NCBI GenBank assembly: GCA_019358935.1
Contig: JAHHIK010000076.1
Location: 1-40,739 of the forward strand
DNA: 40,739 bases
Direction: 5' to 3'
Source: Tolypothrix carrinoi HA7290-LM1
GTDB taxonomy: Bacteria; Cyanobacteriota; Cyanobacteriia; Cyanobacteriales; Nostocaceae
Shown: in pieces, positions 28,456 through 36,977 of the stretch
Numbering within the stretch: position 1 is the first letter of the stretch
Layout: the number at the start of each line of letters is the position of its first letter
Notes under the pieces: model-generated
The model's input: only the letters and a program-made list of their open reading frames with translations
What the model was told of the DNA's origin: nothing
The model's database searches: none
Position numbers and translations under genes: made by a program

Positions 28456-29436
28456 TGCACGAGCAAAGGCAATCTTATCAGCCGCGAATTTTCTCACAAA
28501 CTTCATTTCTCCACTTTTCACATCGACACTAAATAGAGAATTGATTTTCTCATTAGTGGGGTTAGCAAGGGCAAATACTTCACCGGATCTAGAAACGGCT
28601 AGGCTGAGTAAATCATTTTCCAAAGGTTTACCGTCATATTTCAATTCCGACAGTCTAATAATTTTTCCTCTACCGCTAACGATCGCCTTATTTTCTAAGT
28701 CCACCTGTACGAGAGTTGTACCACCTTGCGAACTGAGAAGGGTTGCGTAAATTGTACCATCTGGGGCTTGGGCAAGGTTGCTAAATCGCAGGTTCGCTGC
28801 CAGTAAAGGTAGATCGTCACTATAATTTAATTTGCCGGAGTTCAAGTCCAAATTTACCAAATCAAAAGGCGGAGTGCCTTCATTGAGGCTAACTACACCG
28901 AGAAAGTTGTTTTCTTTGATTGCTACTAAACTTTCAAGCGTGCCATTTACTCTTCTGAATCCTGATACTCTTAGAGCTTTTAGAGGTCTAGCAGACTTAC
29001 CATCAATAAGTATGATGCGATTGAAATTACCCGTCCTTGTAGATGCAACAGAGACAATAACGAATGAACCATCGGCTAAGGGAGTCAAAGCAGTTAACCG
29101 CTCGCTAGGTTCGGTATATAAGGCTTTATTGGCAGTCTCAATCAGCGTATCCAGGTTGTTAATATTTATACCTAGTAGTTGAATGGTTGCCAGATCCCTA
29201 CCACTCACTAAGTCGGAACTAATTAGGGTTACTGCTGGGCTAATGTTGACATCGATGAGTTCTCCAATCTTGATGCCGATGTTGATAATGCTGCTGCTAC
29301 TGGTAAGACTCACCCCATAAATAATTGATTCTGCTTGCTGTGCAACGGTCTTACCTGCGAAGTTGGCGATCGCACTTAATGCTGCACTTAAGATCGCTAT
29401 CTGCCCAAATCTTCGTCGTCTGATTCTCAAATTCAT
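28453..29436 (-). CDS. Hypothetical exported protein; twin-arginine-like signal peptide, probable beta-propeller
   Basis: N-terminus IRRRRFGQIAILSAALSAIANFAGKTVAQ; blade-like motifs LTPLADG, LAQAPDGTIYA, LAVSRSGEVFA. Confidence 0.7.
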   Translation of the reverse strand: MNLRIRRRRFGQIAILSAALSAIANFAGKTVAQQAESIIYGVSLTSSSSIINIGIKIGELIDVNISPAVTLISSDLVSGRDLATIQLLGININNLDTLIETANKALYTEPSERLTALTPLADGSFVIVSVASTRTGNFNRIILIDGKSARPLKALRVSGFRRVNGTLESLVAIKENNFLGVVSLNEGTPPFDLVNLDLNSGKLNYSDDLPLLAANLRFSNLAQAPDGTIYATLLSSQGGTTLVQVDLENKAIVSGRGKIIRLSELKYDGKPLENDLLSLAVSRSGEVFALANPTNEKINSLFSVDVKSGEMKFVRKFAADKIAFARA

Positions 29437-29542
29437 TTTCTATCCACTCCTATGCTATAGCACTAATTTGCATGAAGGAAGAGGGGTTCATGTAAAGAAA
29501 AATCCGCATGAAAAAATAAAATAAAACTCTTTATTTCTTACA

Positions 29543-29625
29543 CCTTTCCCCTTTCACGGCAGTTGCTACAACGCGGGGAACCCGCGCAACGCACTGCCTC
29601 CCCTTTCCCCTTTCCCCTTTACCCC
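29543..29625. repeat. CCCCTTT heptamer tandem repeat interrupted by a GC-rich nested SDR-like hairpin
   Basis: CCTTTCCCCTTTCAC-GGCAGT..CGCGGG-GAA-CCCGCG..ACTGCC-TCCCCTTTCCCCTTTCCCCTTT. Confidence 0.78.
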
Positions 29626-29641
29626 TCTTGGTCAAGTATTG

Positions 29642-31861
29642 TTAAGGGACAATTATGCCTGCTCCTGGAGTCTGAGGTTTAGCTCCCATATCTGCAAAGA
29701 CGTTGACAGCAATTTGTTTAGCGCGGTTATCTTCTCTGGGTGGAGTGACGCGATCGCTATCTAATCCCCACATCCACTGATTGGAGCCGGTGGAAAATAC
29801 TTTGGCTCCACTGGCGGCGGTGTAGCGGACTGCATGAGATACTTGTGTATTAGTTCCAGCAGGCAGATCGTCATCCACATTAGTAGGGCTAACTGTGGAC
29901 TGTCCCAGAATCACCAAACCACTTGGAGCCGCACCGTTGTTGACAATCGCATCCCACTCAAAGCCGACCAGCTGAGTCAATTTGCTACCGTTGGTGAGAT
30001 TGGTGTTGGCGTAATATGGGTCTGAACTATTGGCAACTACAAAGTCGTAGCCACTGTAGCTGTTGGTGCTGCCGTTAGGATCGCCCCAAGTGTAATACAA
30101 GTCATCGCGATCGCCTGTGTACATAATTCCCAGCAATGCGTTTTCCGGTCGGTTGTTCTGGGTACTTCTCCACTTATTTGTCGGCGCAACCGTATCTGCC
30201 GTGTTTTTGTAACATGCCATAACTCGGTTGGCTTGCCCTCCATTTGAATTTTCAAAGCGCACCCGCCAATAAGCAGTATTGGATGAGAAAAACGCCAAGT
30301 TGACTTTAGAACTGCGGGCTTGTTCAACAGCATTGCGCTGTTCTAACGACCAGTACTCGTCATGACCAACTGATAAAAATACTTTGCGCCCCTGTAATAT
30401 TTGCGAGTTGGTCTGAAAGTCGATATTTGTGATATAAGAAACGTCATAACTTTGAGACTCCAACCAACGCACCATATTGCGTTCCCAAAGAGTCATGAGG
30501 TTGTAGTGATGCCATTCAGAGGTGGTCATTGACAGCGGGCGATCGCTAGAAACCTTGTATCCTCTTTGACCGCCGACACTCTGATATGCGTAGGTGCTGT
30601 AACCACCAGTGTTATTGTATGCAAAGTAGGTAGTAAAGCTGCTTTGGAAGACAATATCTGAGTTTCTGCTGTCGTCGCGGACAACAAACCACACCTGTGA
30701 CTGCTTACCTGTTGCCTGTTGTGTTAATTTGGCAATATACAGCCCGCTCGTCCAGTTATTGCCGACAGCAACAGTATAAGAGGTTGACCAGTTCGTAGCT
30801 TCATATAGCTTGGTAGCTGAGTCTGTAAGTGTCAAGGCAGGTTGGGTGATGCCACTGAGCGATCCGCTACTAACTATCAGTCGTCCTCCATTACCTTGGT
30901 AGTAGCCCAAGCGGTAGATATCGATTGTAAATTGTCCGGGCTGTGCGAGGGAAACCTTGATTGGCAGCGAACCACCTTTATTGACGCTAGTTGCTGTGGC
31001 ATAGCCGACAATTTCATTACTAGTAGACTGGTTGGTGATTTTCCAGTTTGTAGTGCCCGGTTTTTTGTTTTCTAGATAAATAGGATTGGGGTTCGCTGGT
31101 TCCGCTAAGGCACTGAAAATAACCGTGCCAATGTTGGCAGCTGTTGCACTCACGGTATTATTTGTTGCAGGAGTTGTTCCCAAAGTCAGCACCGTGCTTG
31201 CCTTACCGTTGGCATCAGTTACGGCACTGGTGGGTGAAACAGTTCCTCCGCCATTAGTAACTGTAAAGTTGACTGTAACTCCCACTTGTGGATTGCCAGA
31301 ACCATTTTTAACTTGGACAACCAATGGGTTGGGTAAGGCAGTTCCGATTGCTCCCTGTTGATTATCACCACTGACTTTGGTGATACTAGGAGGAAGTTGA
31401 GCAGTAAATACGATGTCGCGGAAATAGTTGGAACTCATGTAGGAATTTGTTGGCAAAGCATTCACATTGCCGTACACTCCATTAGAACCATCAGCAACTG
31501 AACTTACATTTCCATTTACCACCGAGCTTGCCAATCCTTGAACGGTAATTGGGAAATAGGTATTGGCTGTGTTAACGCTAACCACATAGGTAGTATTAGC
31601 GCTTATTGTCAGCGGAGGAGAAAGAGCCTGCTGCTGCCAACCCGAAGCCGTCTCGTTGGCGAAAGTTGTACTTGCCAAAAGAGTATTTGATGCTGACCAG
31701 ATTTTGCCAACATGAGTGCCACTCTCGCTGGGTGCTTTCCAAAAGCGAATCGCGACAATCTGACCATTCTGGGCGCTTCGGAACTTCATTCCGAGTTCAT
31801 ATTCCACACCATCGGTGGCGTTGCCATTACTTGGCTGTTGAGTTGTAAAGACGCTATCCAT
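29642..31861 (-). CDS. DUF4082 + Ig-like (Big_1/invasin-type) + N,N-dimethylformamidase beta-subunit-like (DUF6605) protein
   Basis: YELGMKFRS..IRFWK..GWQQQ..NYFRDIVF (DUF4082); SGDNQQG..LPNPLVVQV..TDANGKAST (Ig-like); YRLGYY..WTSGLY..AYN..GHDEYWS..GFEWD (DMFase-like). Confidence 0.82.
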   Translation of the reverse strand: MDSVFTTQQPSNGNATDGVEYELGMKFRSAQNGQIVAIRFWKAPSESGTHVGKIWSASNTLLASTTFANETASGWQQQALSPPLTISANTTYVVSVNTANTYFPITVQGLASSVVNGNVSSVADGSNGVYGNVNALPTNSYMSSNYFRDIVFTAQLPPSITKVSGDNQQGAIGTALPNPLVVQVKNGSGNPQVGVTVNFTVTNGGGTVSPTSAVTDANGKASTVLTLGTTPATNNTVSATAANIGTVIFSALAEPANPNPIYLENKKPGTTNWKITNQSTSNEIVGYATATSVNKGGSLPIKVSLAQPGQFTIDIYRLGYYQGNGGRLIVSSGSLSGITQPALTLTDSATKLYEATNWSTSYTVAVGNNWTSGLYIAKLTQQATGKQSQVWFVVRDDSRNSDIVFQSSFTTYFAYNNTGGYSTYAYQSVGGQRGYKVSSDRPLSMTTSEWHHYNLMTLWERNMVRWLESQSYDVSYITNIDFQTNSQILQGRKVFLSVGHDEYWSLEQRNAVEQARSSKVNLAFFSSNTAYWRVRFENSNGGQANRVMACYKNTADTVAPTNKWRSTQNNRPENALLGIMYTGDRDDLYYTWGDPNGSTNSYSGYDFVVANSSDPYYANTNLTNGSKLTQLVGFEWDAIVNNGAAPSGLVILGQSTVSPTNVDDDLPAGTNTQVSHAVRYTAASGAKVFSTGSNQWMWGLDSDRVTPPREDNRAKQIAVNVFADMGAKPQTPGAGIIVP

Positions 31862-32082
31862 TTGTTGAAAGGATTTTTTCTCTTAAGGAACTTTGTATTA
31901 GTTGACACTTTGCTTGGTTATATTACGAAAAACTGTTTTAATTTTATATATAAAGATCTAAGCATATATAGTGCGTATATATTACTTAAGTGCAAACAAA
32001 ATTGATAATGCAACTAAGCTGAACTGCCAAGTTAAAGTATTAGCTCTCCATTCTTATATCAAGCAAAAAGATAAGAATAAAT

Positions 32083-34050
32083 ATGGTATATCCTGCTGAC
32101 TCTGGCGTGCCGAGTGTTAAAAAGCATCGAAAGATAAATATTCTGCAACGCGAACCGTGGTTATTTTTTGTACTTGCTTGTTTTATCTTGCTGGCGTTCG
32201 TCAGTTGGGGCAAATTAGCACATCCGATATTTGATACCGGGCAAGAAGCCGAGATAACCGCTCGTCTGCTGGCAGGGGAAGTACTATACCGCGACTTGCA
32301 AAATTACTACGGACCTCTCCCTTACTACGTCAATGCGCTTGCACTGCTGCTGTTTGGGCATAAATTAGAAGTTTTCTACGCAGTTGGTTTGGTCTTGGCA
32401 TTGGCAGTTACCTTGCTAACTTATCAATTGACTATAAGGCTTACCAATAAGCCTTGGGCAGCACTTTGCACAATTTGCGTGCTGATATACTGTGCTTTCG
32501 CTCCCGGAGGGCTGTTTAATCTGATCGTTCCTTATAGTTACGGTACTGTCTATGGGACGGTATTTTGCTTGCTAGCTTTTACTGCTGTTGACCGCTACGG
32601 ACATACTGGCAAAACCAGATGGTTGGTAGCAGCTGCGATCGCCTGCGGATTAGCCGGACTTTCTAAGCAAGAATACGGCGTATCCGGGCTGGTGGGTGTG
32701 TTGGTTGGTGCAAACCTGCGTCCCAGAAATCTCAAGAGCGTGGTAGTACGTAGCATTTTAGTAATTTTGGTGGCAAGTATCTGTGTAATAATACCATTCG
32801 CATTGCTTGCCCATCAAGTTTCCTGGGAGACGCTACAAACTTCAATCCTGCCAGTTTCCAAGTCCCAGGTTCTTACCAAAAGCGGACTTTTTGATGTTTC
32901 CGCTGGCAAAACCCTGAATATCACAAGAAGTACTTTCAACGTTTTTACAGCTACTTCAATCGTGATTTGGGTAGCACTGGCATTTGCTGGCTGGCTTTCT
33001 AGACGCGAGTGGATACCCAATAATCGATACAAGATACTAGTTGAAGGAATTGTGAGTATCGCTTTCTCTTTATTAGGTTTGGTTTTGTTGCGAATCAACA
33101 TTTGGGAGAATGCCTTCAAAATTGGTTTAGTTGTTTTGCTAGTAGTTTGCGTTGCTTCCCTAGCTACGAGGTGGCTGTTTAGACCAGAGTGGATACCCAA
33201 TTCTCAATGGCTTCGGCTTGCAGTCAAGTCGCTTGTGGTTCTATGTTTGGGATTTTTATGCTTTTTAATACCGCGTCGGTTCGCTTGCTGTTCTGATGTT
33301 GTTTTCCACCCTTTGGGGAATATGGCTTGGCTTTTACCGTTATTGGTGGCATGGTTTGCTTTGAGTTTTAGGGAGTTAATTCAGCACCGACATGCACCTT
33401 TACTGTATGCCTTGTTCGCTTTCTCTATGTTGCTCAACGCTCGCTTTTTGTTCTACATCGGTTTTTATGGAATTTATGCTGTAACAGCATTAATACTGTT
33501 TTTCACGTTTTTATACAATTTAGCTGAAAAAAGTGGTTTGCCAATCTCAAGGTTTTTGTTAATTTGCTTGCTGATTGGTGGTGGTATGAACTTGGTGGAG
33601 TTAGGACAGTATCGCTATGCAGTGCGATCGCCTCAAGGAACTATTTACACTAAATATGCTGACCTTGCTGTTGCCTTCAACCAAACGATTAAATATATCA
33701 ACGCTTCTAAAGCCAAATCTGTACTGGTAGTTCCCGCTGGAGCCACTTTGAATTTTCTTACCAAAACTCACTCACCCAGTCAAGAAACTATCTTTCTTCC
33801 AGGGGTTGTTCCTACTCCAGATGCAGAGCGGGAGTTTATCGATCGCATGAAAAATAAATCTCCCGAGCTCATAGTCTACGTACATGTTCCTTTTTGGTGG
33901 CTTCAACCAGGCTATCAGACTTACGCCGAGTTCAACCCGCTGATTGACCGATGGATTACTAAAGAACATCAGTTGGTTTACTCATCACCTCAAATGCTAG
34001 GTTTTGGAAATGGCAAAGAGTGGGCTATAAATATTTATGCTAGTAAATGA
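32083..34050 (+). CDS. Polytopic membrane glycosyltransferase of GT-C fold (ArnT/PMT-like)
   Basis: First loop DTGQE..GEVLYRDLQNYYGPLPYY; GLSKQEYG; more than 12 hydrophobic segments; soluble C-terminal domain. Confidence 0.75.
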   Translation: MVYPADSGVPSVKKHRKINILQREPWLFFVLACFILLAFVSWGKLAHPIFDTGQEAEITARLLAGEVLYRDLQNYYGPLPYYVNALALLLFGHKLEVFYAVGLVLALAVTLLTYQLTIRLTNKPWAALCTICVLIYCAFAPGGLFNLIVPYSYGTVYGTVFCLLAFTAVDRYGHTGKTRWLVAAAIACGLAGLSKQEYGVSGLVGVLVGANLRPRNLKSVVVRSILVILVASICVIIPFALLAHQVSWETLQTSILPVSKSQVLTKSGLFDVSAGKTLNITRSTFNVFTATSIVIWVALAFAGWLSRREWIPNNRYKILVEGIVSIAFSLLGLVLLRINIWENAFKIGLVVLLVVCVASLATRWLFRPEWIPNSQWLRLAVKSLVVLCLGFLCFLIPRRFACCSDVVFHPLGNMAWLLPLLVAWFALSFRELIQHRHAPLLYALFAFSMLLNARFLFYIGFYGIYAVTALILFFTFLYNLAEKSGLPISRFLLICLLIGGGMNLVELGQYRYAVRSPQGTIYTKYADLAVAFNQTIKYINASKAKSVLVVPAGATLNFLTKTHSPSQETIFLPGVVPTPDAEREFIDRMKNKSPELIVYVHVPFWWLQPGYQTYAEFNPLIDRWITKEHQLVYSSPQMLGFGNGKEWAINIYASK

Positions 34051-34100
34051 TAAATTAGCTTGCTGTATTTGCCATTTTGATTCGAGCTAGGCTGACCGAA

Positions 34101-34241
34101 TAATTATTAATTCATAATTCATAATTTAGGGTACAGAGCAAATCAATTTATTGATGGTAATAAATTTTATTCCTCACTTTCCGCCCCCACCAAGAGGCGT
34201 GGGATAATAATTATGAATTATTAATTATGAATTATGAATTA
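34101..34241. repeat. Inverted heptamer repeat arms (TAATTCA)n ... (TGAATTA)n between convergent genes
   Basis: TAATTATTAATTCATAATTCATAATT at 34101-34126; AATTATGAATTATTAATTATGAATTATGAATTA at 34209-34241. Confidence 0.8.
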
Positions 34242-36875
34242 TATTGACACCGCTGCTTTCTGCTCCCTGCTTTCAAACTGCCTCGAAGTATCAACCTTAA
34301 AGTTAAACGGTATCAGAGGCTTGGCACCCATATCTGCTAAAATGTTGATAGCCATTTGCTGGGCGCGAATATCTTCTTTAAAAGGCTTGACGCGATCGCT
34401 ATCCAGCCCCCACATCCAGTGAATAGAGCCGGTGGCAAAAACCTTGGCACCACTCTTTGCTGTGTAGCGGACTGCATTGGAAACTTGGGTATTGGTTCCA
34501 GGGGAAAGATCCAAATCGAGAGATTTTGGCTCAACTGGTGAAGAAGACAAAATAACCAATCCCTTAGGAGAAAAGCCGTTGTTGACAACTGCATCCCATT
34601 CAAAACCTACTAGTTGACTCAACGAATCGCCGTCTTTGAGGTTGGTGTGGGCGTAATATGGATCTGAACTATTGGCAACTATAAAATCGTAGCCGTCGTA
34701 GGTATCAGTAGTCCCGTTAGGATCGCCCCAAGTGTAATACAGATCGTCGCGATCGCCTGTATACATTACTCCTATTAATGCGTTTTCCGGTCGCTGATTT
34801 TCTCGACTTCTCCATTTATTTGTCGGAGCAACCGGATCTTGGGTATCCTTATAGCAGACCATTACCCGATTGGCTTCTCCACTACTCGATTTCTCAAAGC
34901 GAAATCGCCAGTAAGCTGAATTTGCCGAGAAAAACGCCAAATTGACACCTATATCGCGGGCTTGCTCGACACCATCCCGTTGTTCTTTCGACCAGTATTC
35001 ATCGTGACCAACAGAAAGAAATAATTTGTGTCGCTGGAGAATATAAGGATTAGTATGGACATCCACATTAGTAGTATATGATACATCATATCCTTGGGAC
35101 TCCAACCAGCGCATCATATTGCGTTCCCAAGACAAAAAGTGATTGTAATCGTCATGTCCAAGAGTTTGGGAGAAGGGTCGGTCGAAGGAAACTTTAACAG
35201 CTTTTTGCCTATCTTTTGAGCTGTATTCATACAAGCTGTAGCCACCGTAGTTATTGTAGGCACAAAAGGTGGTAAAGCTGCTCTGGAACAATATATCAGA
35301 CTTACTGCTGTCATTACGGACAACAAACCATATTTGTGACTGCTTGCCTGTTATTTGGTCTCTAAGGTTAGCAATATATAGTCCGCTAGTCCAGTTTTTG
35401 GTTACTTTGAGAGTGTAGGAAGTTGACCAGTTACACTCAACCAACCGGGTATTGGGATCTGCGATCGCACAAGCAGGTTGGGTGAAGCCGTTGAGTTGAC
35501 CGCTGTCTTTTATCAGTCGCCCTCCTTTGCCATTGTAGTAACCTAAGCGGTACACTTTGATCGTAAACTTTCCCGGTTGTGCCAAAGAAACTTTTATGGG
35601 CAGCGACTCGCCTTGATTTACACTAGTTGCTGTAGCATAGCCAGCAATTTCATTGTTGGTAGCCTGGTTGGTAATTTGCCAGTTAGTAGTCCCAAGTTTT
35701 TGGTTTTCTAGATAAATAGGATTGGTTGTCGTCGGTTGAGCTGTAGCACTAAAGCTGACGCTGCCAATGTTGGCTGCTGTAGCGATCGCGTTAGTTACGC
35801 CAGCGACTTGCCCCAACGTCAGCACCGTGCTTGCCTTACCGTTGGCATCAGTTACGGCACTGGTGGGTGAAACCGAACCTCCCCCATTGGAAATAGCAAA
35901 GTTGACTGTAACTCCCACTTGTGGATTGCCAGCAGAGTCTTTAACTTGCACAACCAATGGGTTAGGTAAAACAGTTTTGATTGCTCCCTGTTGGTTATCA
36001 CCGCTGACTTTGGTGATACTAGCAGTCGCTTGAGCAGTAAATACGATGTCGCGGAAATAATTGGAACTCTTAAAGGAATTTGTTGGCAAAGCATTTACAT
36101 TGCCGTACACTCCATTAAAACCATCAGCAACTGAACTCAAATCTTTATTCACCACCGAACTTGCCAATCCTTCAGGGGTAATCGGGAAATAGGTATTGGC
36201 AGTGTTAACGCTTACCACATAAGTAGTATTAGCTTGAATGACAAGTGGTGTACTCAAAGTTTGCTGCTGCCAACCTGAGGCTGTCTCGTTGGTATATGTA
36301 CAACTTGCTAAGAGAACACCGTTTGCCGTCCAGATTTTACCAACATGGCTGCCACTTTCGTTCTTTGCTTTCCAAAAGCGAATCGCCACAATCTGACCAT
36401 TCTTGGTGCTTTGGAACTTCATTCCCAGTTCATATTCCACACCATCGGTGGCATTTTCATTATTTGGCTGTTGATTTGTAAAGACGCTTTGATTGTTGGT
36501 AGCCTGGTTGGTAATTTGCCGCTCAGTAGTCGCAGGTTTTTGCTTTTCTATATAAATAGGATTGGTTGTCGCAACAGCTGTAGCACTAAAGCTGACGCTG
36601 CCAATGTTAGATGCTGTGGCGATCGCGTTAATTACACCAGCTTCAGTTCCCAAGGTTAGCATCGTGCTTGCCCTACCTTTGGCATCGGTTAAGGCAGTGG
36701 TTGGAGAAACCGAACCACCACCACTGGAAATAGCAAAGTTGACTGGCACTTTTGCTCTTGGATTGCCAGCACTGTCTATTAGCTGCACTACCAAAGGTTT
36801 GGGTAAGACAGTTTTTATGAGACCGCTTTGGCGATCGCCGCTGATGATTGTAAATTGACTCTGGGGTAGATTCAT
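34239..36875 (-). CDS. Ig-like + DUF4082 + Ig-like + dimethylformamidase-like (DUF6605) protein, paralog of 29642-31861
   Basis: Same motifs as the paralog (YELGMKF, SGDNQQG, AYNNYGGYSLY, GHDEYWS, GFEWD) plus a duplicated N-terminal Ig module. Confidence 0.82.
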   Translation of the reverse strand: MNLPQSQFTIISGDRQSGLIKTVLPKPLVVQLIDSAGNPRAKVPVNFAISSGGGSVSPTTALTDAKGRASTMLTLGTEAGVINAIATASNIGSVSFSATAVATTNPIYIEKQKPATTERQITNQATNNQSVFTNQQPNNENATDGVEYELGMKFQSTKNGQIVAIRFWKAKNESGSHVGKIWTANGVLLASCTYTNETASGWQQQTLSTPLVIQANTTYVVSVNTANTYFPITPEGLASSVVNKDLSSVADGFNGVYGNVNALPTNSFKSSNYFRDIVFTAQATASITKVSGDNQQGAIKTVLPNPLVVQVKDSAGNPQVGVTVNFAISNGGGSVSPTSAVTDANGKASTVLTLGQVAGVTNAIATAANIGSVSFSATAQPTTTNPIYLENQKLGTTNWQITNQATNNEIAGYATATSVNQGESLPIKVSLAQPGKFTIKVYRLGYYNGKGGRLIKDSGQLNGFTQPACAIADPNTRLVECNWSTSYTLKVTKNWTSGLYIANLRDQITGKQSQIWFVVRNDSSKSDILFQSSFTTFCAYNNYGGYSLYEYSSKDRQKAVKVSFDRPFSQTLGHDDYNHFLSWERNMMRWLESQGYDVSYTTNVDVHTNPYILQRHKLFLSVGHDEYWSKEQRDGVEQARDIGVNLAFFSANSAYWRFRFEKSSSGEANRVMVCYKDTQDPVAPTNKWRSRENQRPENALIGVMYTGDRDDLYYTWGDPNGTTDTYDGYDFIVANSSDPYYAHTNLKDGDSLSQLVGFEWDAVVNNGFSPKGLVILSSSPVEPKSLDLDLSPGTNTQVSNAVRYTAKSGAKVFATGSIHWMWGLDSDRVKPFKEDIRAQQMAINILADMGAKPLIPFNFKVDTSRQFESREQKAAVSI

Positions 36876-36977
36876 AATGATTGCCCTGTTGATTTAACAA
36901 TGATTCCCTACTTGGTTGAAATTGGGAAATCTTTATATTAAAATCACACAATCAATATTCATTTCCAGAATTATATG

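Noticed and set aside
538..29182. Other short ORFs (60-130 aa) overlapping the main genes
   Set aside because: Nested in or antisense to well-supported CDSs, with no recognisable motifs
25955..29365. HIP1-free stretch as evidence of foreign DNA
   Set aside because: Similar ~3-kb gaps occur at 20.7-23.6 kb and 37.9-40.7 kb, and are plausible by chance at about 1 site per kb
31862..32082. Specific regulator site (e.g. NtcA GTA-N8-TAC) in the divergent promoter region
   Set aside because: Very AT-rich, and no convincing consensus match was seen by eye
31086..36858. Recurrent similar short ORFs (31086, 35767, 36562; 31606/36245; 31712/36345) as a gene family
   Set aside because: They are antisense shadows of the duplicated Ig and DUF4082 coding sequence
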